DNA of 64,000 nt from Chloroflexota bacterium (GCA_016219275.1 JACRBM010000033.1:50843-114842), one strand, 5' to 3'. Shown: positions 53,165-62,902, counted from the first letter of the stretch. The notes: generated by a model from the sequence alone, not told the origin. Translations and numbers: made by a program.

Positions 53165-54472
53165 ATGCGTTTTTTTGCGCGTCTCAAGCGCCCCAGTTGG
53201 AAATGGTTGTATGTGGGGCTAGGGGTCAAACGCTGGCTCGTGTTGCTGATCCTCGGCATCACGATGCTGGGTTTGGGTTTCGCCTACCTGCTCATCAACA
53301 TTTATCGCGAAGCGCGCATGCCGGACGCGTTCTACTACATGACGCTGCAATTCATTCCGCGCGAGGTGCGCGGCGCTCTGATGGGCTTGCTCGGCATCGC
53401 GTTGGTCGCCGTCGCGCTCGTCAAACTGAATCAGTCGCTCCTCTCGCCGTTCATCACCGACGAGACTGATCTGATCGAAACGTTGTATCGCCAACGCGCG
53501 CGGCGACACGGTCCGAAAATCGTCGCGCTGGGCGGTGGCACCGGACTTTCGACGCTGTTGCGCGGATTGAAAGAACACACCGATCAACTCACCGCGATTG
53601 TCACGGTCGCCGACGACGGCGGCAGTTCAGGACGCTTGCGCCGCGACCTGGGTGTGTTGCCGCCCGGCGATTTTCGCCAGTGCATCGCCGCGCTCGCCGA
53701 TTCGGAACCGTTGATGACCCAGTTGTTCCAGTACCGCTTCGGCGAAGGCGCGGGACTCGACGGGCATTCGTTCGGCAATTTGTTTATCGCCGCGATGGCG
53801 GGCGTGACCGGCAATTTTGAACGCGCTTTACTCGAATCATCGCGCGTGCTCGCGGTGCGAGGACGCATTCTCCCTTCGACATTGCAGAGTGTGACGCTGT
53901 GCGCCGATCTGCGCGAGCCGATGTCGAATGGCAGCACGCACGTCGCAGGCGAATCGGAAATTTCGCATCAGGGCAAACCGATCGAGCGCGTGTATCTCGA
54001 ACCCGAACACGTTCCGGCATATCCCGATGCGGTGCGCGCAATTCTCGACGCCGACCTCGTCATCGCAGGACCGGGTAGTCTGTACACGAGCGTTATTCCG
54101 AATTTACTTGTCGAAGATATTCAGCGCGCGCTCCACGCCTCGAAAGCCGCGAAGGTGTACGTGTGCAACGTCGCGACCCAGCCCGGCGAAACGGACGCGT
54201 TCACGGTTCACGATCACTGGGACGCGCTGACACAACACGTCGGCGCGCAAGTTTTCACGCACGTCATCGCCAATCGCAATTGGAACGTGAATTTTCCCGC
54301 GCACACGTCCAGCCAATTGGTTCGTCTGCGCGACGAGAAACCGAGCGCGTTTCGCGTGACGCTCGCCGATCTCGTGGACGAAGGAAAACCCTGGCGACAC
54401 GATCCGCACAAACTAGCCAAAGTGGTCTTGCAGTGGTACGACAACAATACAAAACACACGCGCGCGATTTGA
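53165..54472 (+). CDS. YvcK/CofD-like (UPF0052, gluconeogenesis factor) protein with an N-terminal two-TM extension
   Basis: KIVALGGGTGLSTLLRGLK and TVADDGGSSGRLR motifs, preceded by about 110 aa with two hydrophobic helices. Confidence 0.8.
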   Translation: MRFFARLKRPSWKWLYVGLGVKRWLVLLILGITMLGLGFAYLLINIYREARMPDAFYYMTLQFIPREVRGALMGLLGIALVAVALVKLNQSLLSPFITDETDLIETLYRQRARRHGPKIVALGGGTGLSTLLRGLKEHTDQLTAIVTVADDGGSSGRLRRDLGVLPPGDFRQCIAALADSEPLMTQLFQYRFGEGAGLDGHSFGNLFIAAMAGVTGNFERALLESSRVLAVRGRILPSTLQSVTLCADLREPMSNGSTHVAGESEISHQGKPIERVYLEPEHVPAYPDAVRAILDADLVIAGPGSLYTSVIPNLLVEDIQRALHASKAAKVYVCNVATQPGETDAFTVHDHWDALTQHVGAQVFTHVIANRNWNVNFPAHTSSQLVRLRDEKPSAFRVTLADLVDEGKPWRHDPHKLAKVVLQWYDNNTKHTRAI

Positions 54473-54511
54473 ATCGCGTGACGTGGTTGGTAAACTAAGG
54501 AGGATAGTCGC

Positions 54512-55522
54512 ATGGCAACAAAAATCGGCATTAATGGTTTCGGTCGAATCGGGCGCTTGGTTTTCCGCACGATCAAGGCGCGCGTGGCGGACAAGCTTGA
54601 CGTGATCGCCGTCAACGACTTGTTCGATCCCGCGACGAACGCACACCTGCTCAAGTATGATTCGACGTATGGCGCGTATGCCGGCACCGTCGCCGCGCAA
54701 GATGGCAACCTGGTCGTGGATGGCAAAACGATCAAGGTCTGCGCCGAAAAAGATTTGAACGCAATCAAGTGGGCTGAACTTGGCGCGGAGATTGTGATCG
54801 AATCCACCGGCTTGTTCACCGACGCGACGAAATCGGTGGGGCACATTACGTCGGGCGGCGCGAAAAAAGTGATCATCAGCGCGCCGGCGAAGAACGAAGA
54901 CATTACGATTGTCTTGGGTGTCAATGATGACAAATACGATCCCGCCAAACATCGGATGATCTCGAACGCGTCCTGCACGACAAACGGACTCGCGCCGGTC
55001 GCCAAAGTGCTTAACGACAAATTCGGCATCGAAAAAGGTTTGCTGACGACGGTGCACGCGTACACGAACACGCAGAAACTGCAAGACCTGGGCGCAAAAG
55101 ATTTGCGCGATGCGCGCGCCGCCGCGCAAAACATCGTCCCGTCCGAAACCGGCGCGGCAAAAGCCGTCGGTCTCGTGATTCCGGAACTCAAAGGCAAATT
55201 CGGCGGCATGGCATTCCGCGTGCCAACGCCGACCGTTTCAGTCGTGGACTTTACCGCGATCTTGAACAAGGAAGCGAGCAAGGAAGCAATCCGCGAGGCG
55301 ATGCTTGAATACGCGGCGGGTCCGATGAAAGGCATCCTCGATGTGACCGACGAGCCGCTCGTTTCATCCGATTTGCGCGGCACGACGTTCTCATCCGTGT
55401 ACAGTTCGATGGACACGCTCGTCATCGGCAACATGGTCAAGGTCGTCGCGTGGTACGACAACGAGTGGGGTTATGCCTGCCGCGTCGTGGATTTGGTCGC
55501 GATGGTGGCGTCGAAACTCTAG
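54512..55522 (+). CDS. gap: glyceraldehyde-3-phosphate dehydrogenase
   Basis: INGFGRIGR, catalytic [16 protein letters not shown]. Confidence 0.97.
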   Translation: MATKIGINGFGRIGRLVFRTIKARVADKLDVIAVNDLFDPATNAHLLKYDSTYGAYAGTVAAQDGNLVVDGKTIKVCAEKDLNAIKWAELGAEIVIESTGLFTDATKSVGHITSGGAKKVIISAPAKNEDITIVLGVNDDKYDPAKHRMISNASCTTNGLAPVAKVLNDKFGIEKGLLTTVHAYTNTQKLQDLGAKDLRDARAAAQNIVPSETGAAKAVGLVIPELKGKFGGMAFRVPTPTVSVVDFTAILNKEASKEAIREAMLEYAAGPMKGILDVTDEPLVSSDLRGTTFSSVYSSMDTLVIGNMVKVVAWYDNEWGYACRVVDLVAMVASKL

Positions 55523-55526
55523 ACAA

Positions 55527-55604
55527 TGGAAATTAAAAGTTAGAAATTGGAAATTAGAAATTGGAGGTTGGAATTGTTCCAACCTCCAATTTCCAACCTC
55601 CAGG
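55527..55604. repeat. TGGAAAT-type heptamer array folding into a 13-bp hairpin, in the gap-pgk spacer
   Basis: TGGAAAT TAAAAGT TAGAAAT TGGAAAT TAGAAAT TGGAGGT TGGAATT. TTGGAGGTTGGAA (55561-55573) pairs with TTCCAACCTCCAA (55577-55589). A second TTCCAACCTCCA lies at 55591-55602. Confidence 0.75.
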
Positions 55605-55610
55605 TGAACG

Positions 55611-56783
55611 ATGAACAAAAAATCAATTCGTGACATTGCGCTTAAAAATAAACGCGCGCTCGTGCGCGTGGATTTCAACGTGCCGCTCGACGACAAAGGT
55701 CAAGTGACCGACGATACGCGGATTGTCGCCTCGCTCCCGACGATCCAGTACATGGTCGAGCAAGGCGCGAAAGTGATCCTGTGCTCGCACCTGGGACGAC
55801 CCAAGGGCAAGGACCAGAAATTTTCGTTGCGCCCGGTCGCGACGCGCTTGGAGCAACTGCTTGGCAAGCCGGTGACGTTTGTGAGCGATTGTATCGGTCA
55901 GCCGGTGCAACGCGTCGTCGAAGCGATGAACGCGGGCGATGTGGTTTTGCTGGAGAACGTGCGGTTCTATCCCGAAGAAGAAAAGAACGATCCAGAGTTT
56001 GCGAAAAAACTCGCGGCGTTCGGCGATGTGTACGTGAACGACGCGTTCGGCTCGGCGCACCGCGCGCACGCGAGCACGGAGGGCGTGACGAAATCCTTGC
56101 CCGGCGTCGCGGGGTTCTTGATGGAAAAGGAACTCGCCTACCTGGGCAAGGCGCTCGCGAATCCGGCAAAACCGTTCGTCGCGATACTCGGCGGTGCGAA
56201 GGTGAGCGACAAGATCAAGGTCATCGAAAATCTATTGCCCAAGGTGGACTCGCTCTTGATCGGCGGCGGCATGGCGAACACGTTCCTCGCGGCGAAGGGA
56301 TTGAACCTGGGTCAATCGCTCGTCGAAGCGGACAAACTCGACACGGCAAGAGCGTTGATCGAAAAAGGCGGAACGAAAATCGTTTTGCCGGTGGACGGGG
56401 TGATCGCGGACAAGTTCGACAAGGACGCCGCGAAGAAGGTCGTGGACGTGAGCGCGGTGCCGAGCGATTGGCGCGTGCTCGATGTCGGACCCAGGACGAT
56501 TGACGCGTTTGCGAAAATCCTGGGCGATGCGAAAACGGTCGTGTGGAATGGACCGCTCGGCGTGTTCGAGATGCCGGCGTTCGCGAAAGGCACGGTGGAA
56601 ATTGCGAAACGACTCGCGTCGTCCGGCGCGACGACGATCATCGGCGGCGGCGACAGCGCGGCAGCCGTCGAGCAAGCCGGCGTCGCGGACAAGATGACAC
56701 ACATCTCGACGGGCGGCGGCGCGTCGCTCGAATTTCTCGAAGGGCGCGTGTTGCCCGGTGTCGCGGCGTTGCAAGATAAATAG
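55611..56783 (+). CDS. pgk: phosphoglycerate kinase
   Basis: [16 protein letters not shown], the GGGMANTFL region and GGGDSAAAV. Confidence 0.97.
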   Translation: MNKKSIRDIALKNKRALVRVDFNVPLDDKGQVTDDTRIVASLPTIQYMVEQGAKVILCSHLGRPKGKDQKFSLRPVATRLEQLLGKPVTFVSDCIGQPVQRVVEAMNAGDVVLLENVRFYPEEEKNDPEFAKKLAAFGDVYVNDAFGSAHRAHASTEGVTKSLPGVAGFLMEKELAYLGKALANPAKPFVAILGGAKVSDKIKVIENLLPKVDSLLIGGGMANTFLAAKGLNLGQSLVEADKLDTARALIEKGGTKIVLPVDGVIADKFDKDAAKKVVDVSAVPSDWRVLDVGPRTIDAFAKILGDAKTVVWNGPLGVFEMPAFAKGTVEIAKRLASSGATTIIGGGDSAAAVEQAGVADKMTHISTGGGASLEFLEGRVLPGVAALQDK

Positions 56784-56790
56784 TCGGGTG

Positions 56791-56829
56791 AGACCTGGAA
56801 GGTTTGAGAAACCTTCCAGGTCTTTTTTT
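56791..56829 (+). terminator. intrinsic terminator after pgk
   Basis: AGACCTGGAAGGTTT (56791-56805) / AAACCTTCCAGGTCT (56809-56823) followed by TTTTTTT. Confidence 0.85.
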
Positions 56830-56867
56830 GCGCGTTGTGGTATAATGCGAACGATGAGAGGTGCAGT

Positions 56868-57422
56868 GTGATTACGCAAACTCAATTGATAACGGCGGAA
56901 GAACTGGAACGCATCCCGCAAAACGACGCGCACGTCGAACTGGTGAAAGGAGCAATCGTCAAGATGCCACCAGCAGGACATGAACATGGGGAAGTCGCAC
57001 TTGCCATTGGTTCGCTCATTCGTGATTTTGTCAGACGCAACAAACTTGGCAAAACGTACGGCGCAGAGACCGGCTTTATTCTTTCGCGTAACCCAGACAC
57101 TGTTCGTGCGCCCGATGCCGCGTTCGTGTCTACCGCGCGCGCGGCACAACAAACGCGGCGCACAGGTTTTTTCGACGGCGCTCCGGATTTAGCAGTCGAA
57201 GTGGTCTCACCTGAAGATACGGTTGGCGAAATTGACGCGAAAGTGATCGAGTATTTAGAAGCCGGCGTCAGACTGGTTTGGATACTGCACCCTCGCACGC
57301 GCACGATCACGGTCTATCGCTCGCTCGACGATGTGCGCGTGCTGACGGCGAACGATTCGCTCGATGGCGGCAATGTTTTGCCAGATTTCACGGTCTCAGT
57401 AAAAGAGATTTTTGAAGGATGA
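56868..57422 (+). CDS. Uma2-family (DUF820) endonuclease
   Basis: GTG 56868 after GAGAGGTG; an upstream TGGTATAAT extended -10 lies at 56838-56846. The Uma2 pattern is ELVKGAIV.MPPAG.EHG...PD.AFV. Confidence 0.75.
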   Translation: MITQTQLITAEELERIPQNDAHVELVKGAIVKMPPAGHEHGEVALAIGSLIRDFVRRNKLGKTYGAETGFILSRNPDTVRAPDAAFVSTARAAQQTRRTGFFDGAPDLAVEVVSPEDTVGEIDAKVIEYLEAGVRLVWILHPRTRTITVYRSLDDVRVLTANDSLDGGNVLPDFTVSVKEIFEG

Positions 57423-57982
57423 GCGTTTCGCAGATTCGTCTCGCGCGCCTTGATGATGCCGACGGCATCGCGCGCGTTCACGTTGACACATGGCGCACGA
57501 CGTATGCCGGTATCGTGCCCGAGGAGCACCTGGCAAACTTGTCATACACGCAACGCGCGGAGCGATGGCGTAGCATCTTGGAACAGCCCGGCAATTCATT
57601 CATCTTCGTCGCCGAAACCGGTGCCGGCAAAATCATCGGGTTTGCGACCGGGATGCCCGAACGCGAAAACGATTCGGTCTACAAAAGCGAGTTGGGCGCA
57701 GTCTATGTGCTCCAAGCGTACCAAGGTCAAGGGATTGGACGACAACTCGTCGAAAAAGTTGTCAAACGATTACGTCACGACAGATTCAACACGATGCTCG
57801 TCTGGGTGCTCGCCGAAAATCCGTCGCGTCACTTTTACGCCGCGCTCGGCGGCAAGCCCGTGCGCGAGAAACCGATTGTGATCGCCGGCAAAGAATTGGT
57901 CGAGGTTGCGTACGGCTGGGATGATCTCGCCGCGCTTGATAAACTCTTGGACGAAAAAACCAAGCGCGCAAAACTCACGTGA
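57419..57982 (+). CDS. GNAT-family N-acetyltransferase
   Basis: Acetyl-CoA motif QGQGIGRQLV; ATGA overlap with the upstream gene. Confidence 0.85.
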   Translation: MSVSQIRLARLDDADGIARVHVDTWRTTYAGIVPEEHLANLSYTQRAERWRSILEQPGNSFIFVAETGAGKIIGFATGMPERENDSVYKSELGAVYVLQAYQGQGIGRQLVEKVVKRLRHDRFNTMLVWVLAENPSRHFYAALGGKPVREKPIVIAGKELVEVAYGWDDLAALDKLLDEKTKRAKLT

Positions 57983-57991
57983 GAAGAATAA

Positions 57992-58030
57992 AGAAACCAG
58001 GTTTCTTCGCTTCGCGGAAACCTGGTTTCT
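57992..58030. terminator. bidirectional hairpin, AGAAACCAGGTTTCT family
   Basis: AGAAACCAGGTTTC (57992-58005) / GAAACCTGGTTTCT (58017-58030), then GTCTTTTT. Confidence 0.7.
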
Positions 58031-58039
58031 GTCTTTTTC

Positions 58040-58537
58040 TTATTCACCCAGTTTCCATCGCGTCATATCATCCGGAAATTTCGTCCATGCAAACGCGAGA
58101 TGCGGACGCATCACGTACAAGCCACCGTTGTCCCACTGGGTCGGCTCTGGCGCATAACCCATCTTCGCGTACTTGTTCTTGTATCCATTCGCCACGCGCA
58201 CAGCCAGCGCCGAATCCGGTTTGCCTGCCTCGCGCGCCTCACCTTCGAGAATCACCACGTTCATTCCGTCTTCGAGATGCACCGACACTTGGGCGTTCAC
58301 GACGAGATCGCGCGCGCGGCGCGTTTTCGGACTGCCGTCAAAGTAGAACGCATCGTCAATCCACACACCCCACACCGGCGTCGCGTGCGGTTGACCGCTC
58401 GCGTTCGCGGTGCAGACCCAGTAGTTGAGCGCGCTCGTCATGCGTTCTTGCACATGACTCCATGACAGCATTCCCTCTTCGCTTTTTGGTACGCCGTATC
58501 CTTCAATGAACGGACGACTCGCTTTCACGTTCGCCAC
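58040..58537 (-). CDS. pyridoxamine 5'-phosphate oxidase-family protein
   Basis: GTG 58537 after GGAGGTG. PNPOx-like split-barrel pattern (LNYWVCTANASGQPHATPVWGVWIDDAFYFDG). Confidence 0.7.
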   Translation of the reverse strand: MANVKASRPFIEGYGVPKSEEGMLSWSHVQERMTSALNYWVCTANASGQPHATPVWGVWIDDAFYFDGSPKTRRARDLVVNAQVSVHLEDGMNVVILEGEAREAGKPDSALAVRVANGYKNKYAKMGYAPEPTQWDNGGLYVMRPHLAFAWTKFPDDMTRWKLGE

Positions 58538-58553
58538 ACTTCACCTCCGTGAT

Positions 58554-58594
58554 TGAAAAACATAGAGACGCCGCACACCACCCGAACGTCTCTA
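58554..58594 (-). terminator. intrinsic terminator after the LCP gene
   Basis: Minus strand TAGAGACG...CGTCTCTA followed by TGTTTTT. Confidence 0.6.
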
Positions 58595-58605
58595 CAATCT
58601 TTTAG

Positions 58606-58675
58606 CTCACTGCATACTATTCACTGTTCACTGTCCACTATTCACTGTTCACTGTTCACTGTTCATTGTTCACTG
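58606..58675. repeat. ten tandem TTCACTG-type heptamers
   Basis: CTCACTG CATACTA TTCACTG TTCACTG TCCACTA TTCACTG TTCACTG TTCACTG TTCATTG TTCACTG, ending 2 nt before the LCP stop codon. Confidence 0.85.
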
Positions 58676-58677
58676 CC

Positions 58678-60003
58678 CTACTGCCCCAACGTCCAATCCG
58701 CACCCAGGATCACGCGAAACTCGGTATCGCTTTTGGAACTAGGTGTCTGGCGTACATTGTCCGGCGTCACGCGCAACAATTTCGTTAGCGTATCGAGCGT
58801 CGCCGTTTTCGCACCGTTGTAATCAATGAGCACGGATTTGCTATAGTCGGTCCGATCCGCATTGCCGTAACTGATCACCTGCAAACCTTGTGCCTGGAGG
58901 TACTTGGTCGTTTGTTCGGCAAGCAACGGACGCGTGGTTCCATTCAACACGATGATGCGCGCCGCTTCTTGTTGCACCCGTTTGGTCTGATCGGAAACAT
59001 CTTGAGGAATGACTTCATCCATCAACTTGCCGATCTTGGCGCGATCCGCCCACAGCACATTTGCGCCGGTATTCGCGCGAAACTGCACCGTCATCGTTTG
59101 ATCAATCGAGCCGGTCTTGATGTTCTCCGGCTTGACTTGGCGGGCAATCGGCGCAAGGGCGAGCACATCTTGCGCCGTCATGTCCGTCTTGACAACGTTT
59201 CCCATAGATTGCATCAGTGTCGGAAGCTTGGAAAGCATATCCAGCCGCATCGCTTTTTCGCGCACCGCGAGCATCACCTGAATCTGCCGGCGCATCCGTC
59301 CATAGTCTCCATCCACGTGCCGCGTGCGCGCGTACTTGAGCGCCAGCTCGCCGTTCATGTGTTGGCGTCCCGCCGGGATGTACAGCGGACTGTAACCGTT
59401 GTTTTCATCCGGGTAGAGCGGATCGTCAATCACCCGGGGAACATCAATGTCAATGCCGCCGAGCGTATCAATCGCGCGGCGAAAGCCGTCGAAATCAATC
59501 AGTACGTAAAAATGGATCCGCCGACCCAGGTTATACTCGACGGTGCGCTTGGCAAGCCCAGGACCGCCGCCGGGAAATTTGTAGAGCGTGCCGTAATAGT
59601 ACGCGACATTGATCCGGTCTTCGCGAAAATCCGGAATCGGTACGTAGAGATCGCGCGGAATCGAAACGACACCCGCGCTCAACGTTTTGGGATCGAGCGA
59701 CGCGATCATCATTGAATCGGTGCGACACAAACCGTGATCCACCGCGCGGCAATCCGTGCCCATCAATAGCACATTCACGCGCTCGCCCGCCGCGATATTC
59801 GGCGCGGGCGCGGCAGTCGGTTGCGATGCGGCTTTGATGATCGGTGGACTCTCGATCTCCGGCAAGCCATTCAGGACGACCGCTTCGCGCACCATGTCGT
59901 ACGTTTGATAGCCAAAGAAAAGCCCGCCACACACGACGAGCGGGATCAGTAGCACAGCCAGCACGCGCAACATACAGCCGGCAGTTGTAACAGATTTCGT
60001 CAA
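58678..60003 (-). CDS. LytR-CpsA-Psr (LCP) family protein with a LytR_C domain
   Basis: N-terminal TM; VNVLLMGTDCR and RTDSMMIASLD motifs; C-terminal LytR_C-like region. Confidence 0.85.
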   Translation of the reverse strand: MTKSVTTAGCMLRVLAVLLIPLVVCGGLFFGYQTYDMVREAVVLNGLPEIESPPIIKAASQPTAAPAPNIAAGERVNVLLMGTDCRAVDHGLCRTDSMMIASLDPKTLSAGVVSIPRDLYVPIPDFREDRINVAYYYGTLYKFPGGGPGLAKRTVEYNLGRRIHFYVLIDFDGFRRAIDTLGGIDIDVPRVIDDPLYPDENNGYSPLYIPAGRQHMNGELALKYARTRHVDGDYGRMRRQIQVMLAVREKAMRLDMLSKLPTLMQSMGNVVKTDMTAQDVLALAPIARQVKPENIKTGSIDQTMTVQFRANTGANVLWADRAKIGKLMDEVIPQDVSDQTKRVQQEAARIIVLNGTTRPLLAEQTTKYLQAQGLQVISYGNADRTDYSKSVLIDYNGAKTATLDTLTKLLRVTPDNVRQTPSSKSDTEFRVILGADWTLGQ

Positions 60004-60101
60004 GGCATTCCTCCAACTTTACGAGCGCGGAAATTATAGCACATTCGCCTAGGCGATACAAGATTTGACTTTTCGTACAGGACGTTATATAGTTTCTGCC
60101 G

Positions 60102-61247
60102 ATGTCACTCCTCGGTGAACGATTGCGTCTCGCGCGCGAGGCGCGCGGCGTTGCCGCATTGCAAGTTGAAATTGATACGCGCATCCGCGCGACCGTCATC
60201 AACGCGCTGGAACAGGGCGATTATGAAAGTCTCCCGCCCGAACCGTTTTTGCGCGGCTTGATTCGCACGTACGCGATGTATCTTGGTCTGGACGCAGAAG
60301 AAATGGTGCGGCTGTACGTCGCCGATTTCGCGCCGCCGCCGCCGCCGCCCACCGAACCGGTGCCGCGCCCCGTGCCCCCCGCGCCGCAATCCGTCGAGCC
60401 ACCCCTGCCGCCGCCTACCGTCCCGATCATTCCACCCTCGAACACGCCGGGCGCGAGTTTGTTCGCGCGATTCAATGACAATGGTGCGCCGCCGCCGCCG
60501 GAAACTTTCGGGTCCGAGCCGCCCGCGACGATGCCCGAGTTGCCGGAAAAACAAAACGCGATGCCGACCGCGCAAATGATTTTCTCGCGTCGCTTGCCGA
60601 GCATCATGCCGACACGCTTGCCGATGCCGGTCATTTTCGCGATTGGAATCGCGATCGCGGTTATGCTTCTCGTTTGTGTCGCGTTCGTGTTCACCCAGGG
60701 TCTGCCCGCGCTTGCCGCGATGATTAACCCGCCGCGCACCGCGACGCCGACGCGTGCGCCCGCCACGCGCACGCCTGCCCCGATCAATTCCGCGCCGACG
60801 AGCGTACCTACCTTTGCCGCGACCGCGCCACCCTTCGCAACCTTTGCCGGTAATGTAACGCCCGCGCCAACCGCGCGCACGACGCCGCGTCGCACGATTG
60901 AACCGGCGCAAACCGGCTTGGACCTCACCATCGAAGCCGTCGAAAAAGTGACGGTGCATATCGGTCTCGACGGTGCGCTCGTCTTTACCGGCACGCTCGA
61001 CCCAGGTACGACGCGATCCTGGTCGGCGAAAGAATCGCTGTACGTACGCCTGGAGAACGCGAAAGGCGCGGCATTGATTTTCAACGGCAAAGCGCAAGCG
61101 GCAAAAACATTTGCCGAGCGCACGACGATGGAACGTCAGTGGACGCTGAATCCCAAAGGCACACCCGTCGCCGTGCCGCCAGTCGAACCGCCGCCGATTG
61201 CGCCGACCCCGCCAGCCGCAACACCCACACTGACGCCAACGGCATAG
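60102..61247 (+). CDS. rodZ: RodZ-like protein (HTH + TM + Pro-rich linkers + DUF4115-like C-terminus)
   Basis: HTH LGERLRLAREARG, FLRGLIRTYAMYLGLD, a TM helix, and a C-terminal beta domain (LDLTIEAVEKVTVHIGLDG...). Confidence 0.7.
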   Translation: MSLLGERLRLAREARGVAALQVEIDTRIRATVINALEQGDYESLPPEPFLRGLIRTYAMYLGLDAEEMVRLYVADFAPPPPPPTEPVPRPVPPAPQSVEPPLPPPTVPIIPPSNTPGASLFARFNDNGAPPPPETFGSEPPATMPELPEKQNAMPTAQMIFSRRLPSIMPTRLPMPVIFAIGIAIAVMLLVCVAFVFTQGLPALAAMINPPRTATPTRAPATRTPAPINSAPTSVPTFAATAPPFATFAGNVTPAPTARTTPRRTIEPAQTGLDLTIEAVEKVTVHIGLDGALVFTGTLDPGTTRSWSAKESLYVRLENAKGAALIFNGKAQAAKTFAERTTMERQWTLNPKGTPVAVPPVEPPPIAPTPPAATPTLTPTA

Positions 61248-61272
61248 AAATCGAAAAGCACATTCATCGCAC

Positions 61273-61329
61273 AGGCACAGACACTACGCGCGCGGAAAAG
61301 TTTTTTCCGCGCGCGTAGTGTCTGTGCCT
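61273..61329. repeat. 27-bp perfect inverted repeat (hairpin) between the rodZ-like gene and rimO
   Basis: AGGCACAGACACTACGCGCGCGGAAAA (61273-61299) / TTTTCCGCGCGCGTAGTGTCTGTGCCT (61303-61329). Confidence 0.8.
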
Positions 61330-61356
61330 CTGTGGAACAATAAACGAAACAAAAAA

Positions 61357-62703
61357 ATGAAGACGAACTATTTTCTGCTCACCCTGGGTTGCGCCAAGAA
61401 CGTCGCCGATTCCGACGGCATCGGCGCGTTACTCGATGAGTACGGCTACACGGCGGTTGCCGACGCGCAAGCCGCGGACGTACTCATCGTCAATACGTGC
61501 GGCTTTTTACAAGCATCGCGTAAAGAATCGCTCAACGCGCTGCGCGAACTGGGCGAAGCGAAACGCGCTGACCAAGTACTCATCGCCGCGGGCTGTTTGA
61601 TTTCGCGGTACGGTGCAGTCGTGCAACGCGAAGCGCCGCAAGTGGATAGCGTGATTGACGCCGGCAAATGGCTCGCCCTACCGCGCTTGATTCAGTACCT
61701 GCAATCCGACGAAGACGTGCCCGACGACTGGCTCACGAGCGCGTACGCCGGTTTGCCGCTCGACCAACTCGCCGCGCGCTCGATTGTCGAACCGATGCCC
61801 CGGCTCGTTCACGGACCGAGCGCGTACCTGAAAATCGCAGACGGCTGTGATCGCCCGTGCACTTTTTGCGTCATTCCCGCGATCAAGGGCGCGCATCGTT
61901 CCAAGCCGGAGGACGCGATCATTGACGAGGCGCGCGACCTGGTTGCGCGTGGCGTCAAGGAGATCGTCCTCGTCGCGCAGGACACGACCGCGTATGGCTG
62001 GGACTGGGGCAAGCGCGATGCGCTCGCGCCGCTCATCGCGCGATTGTGTACCGACGTGGACGGACTGGAATGGCTGCGCTTGATGTACGCGTATCCCGGT
62101 CACGTGACGCCGCGCCTCATCGAAACGATGGCGCGCTATTCCCAGGTCGTTCATTACCTCGACGTGCCGTTGCAACACGCACACCCCGATACGCTCAAGC
62201 GGATGAAACGACCGAACCAACCAGTGACGCAACAGATGCTCGACGATTTGCGCGCCGCGATGCCCGACCTCGCGATTCGCACGACGTTCATCGTCGGCTT
62301 TCCCGGCGAAACGAACGACGAGTTCGAGGCGTTGCTGGAATTTTTAGAGGCGCAACGCTTCGACCGCGTCGGCGTGTTCGAGTACTCGCGCGAAGACGGC
62401 ACGCCCGCCGCGTTCTTGGAAAACCCCGTGCCGGCAAAAATCAAAAAGCAACGCCGCGATGACGCGATGGCGTTCCAGCAAAAAATTTCGCTCGCGAAAA
62501 ATAAATCCTTCGTCGGCAAAACGCTGAATGTGTTGATCGAAGGCGTCGGCGATGGCGTCAGTATCGGACGGACGTATCGTGACGCGCCGGAGGTGGATGG
62601 TATCGTGCTCGTGCAACGCGAACTCGCGCCCGGAAAAATCGTGCCAGTGCGTATCACCGGCGCGATGGAGTACGACCTTGCCGGTGAGGTCATCGAAAAA
62701 TAG
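61357..62703 (+). CDS. rimO: ribosomal protein S12 methylthiotransferase
   Basis: N-terminal LGCAKNVADSD (UPF0004 domain), radical SAM ADGCDRPCTFCVIP, and a C-terminal TRAM domain. Confidence 0.9.
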   Translation: MKTNYFLLTLGCAKNVADSDGIGALLDEYGYTAVADAQAADVLIVNTCGFLQASRKESLNALRELGEAKRADQVLIAAGCLISRYGAVVQREAPQVDSVIDAGKWLALPRLIQYLQSDEDVPDDWLTSAYAGLPLDQLAARSIVEPMPRLVHGPSAYLKIADGCDRPCTFCVIPAIKGAHRSKPEDAIIDEARDLVARGVKEIVLVAQDTTAYGWDWGKRDALAPLIARLCTDVDGLEWLRLMYAYPGHVTPRLIETMARYSQVVHYLDVPLQHAHPDTLKRMKRPNQPVTQQMLDDLRAAMPDLAIRTTFIVGFPGETNDEFEALLEFLEAQRFDRVGVFEYSREDGTPAAFLENPVPAKIKKQRRDDAMAFQQKISLAKNKSFVGKTLNVLIEGVGDGVSIGRTYRDAPEVDGIVLVQRELAPGKIVPVRITGAMEYDLAGEVIEK

Positions 62704-62764
62704 TAGGTGTTCATGTCGTGCAGGCGGCTCGCCCGCCGCCACAGTACCACTGCTTTTGAAGCAC

Positions 62765-62797
62765 AGAAACCAGGTTTCTCGAAGAAACCTGGTTTCT
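62765..62797. terminator. hairpin, AGAAACCAGGTTTCT family, between convergent genes
   Basis: AGAAACCAGGTTTCT (62765-62779) / AGAAACCTGGTTTCT (62783-62797). Confidence 0.7.
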
Positions 62798-62902
62798 CTT
62801 TCCATACTTTCGCCAAATGCCAATCGGAGTGGGCAATTTGGAAAATTGCCCCACAACTGCGCGCTCCGTTTTTTGATTGGCAATTAGATTGTCTTTGCCA
62901 CT

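Noticed and set aside
54214-55461. 415-aa minus-strand ORF covering gap and the end of the YvcK-like gene.
   Set aside because: It lies opposite an unmistakable GAPDH ([17 protein letters not shown]). The translation is Ser/Thr/Ala-rich with no signal or motif, so it is a frame artefact.
15556-58675. Considered whether the tandem heptamer/octamer arrays (15556, 22087, 27614, 28289, 43811, 55527, 58606, 63906) are degenerate CRISPR arrays.
   Set aside because: The units are only 7-8 nt and directly adjacent, with no unique spacers. No cas genes are present. The architecture is that of STRR-like short tandem repeats.
58553-58822. 89-aa ORF with the repeating peptide [18 protein letters not shown].
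   Set aside because: It is simply the translation of the TTCACTG heptamer array, and it overlaps the 3' end of the LCP gene on the other strand.
60105-61123. Two long minus-strand ORFs (330 and 300 aa) antisense to the RodZ-like gene.
   Set aside because: They are extremely Arg/Gly-rich translations of the Pro-rich coding strand. There is no RBS or motif.
851-61356. N-terminal extensions offered by the ORF track for several genes. Track starts: 851, 13080, 13347, 15620, 18140, 23879, 25177, 27126, 30917, 35942, 41834, 42630, 56835, 61318.
   Set aside because: Internal starts are preceded by GGAGG-like sites and give proper signal peptides or conserved N-termini (for example MPELPEVE, MKKTLF..., the lipoboxes). 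The extensions translate repeats or overlap upstream genes.
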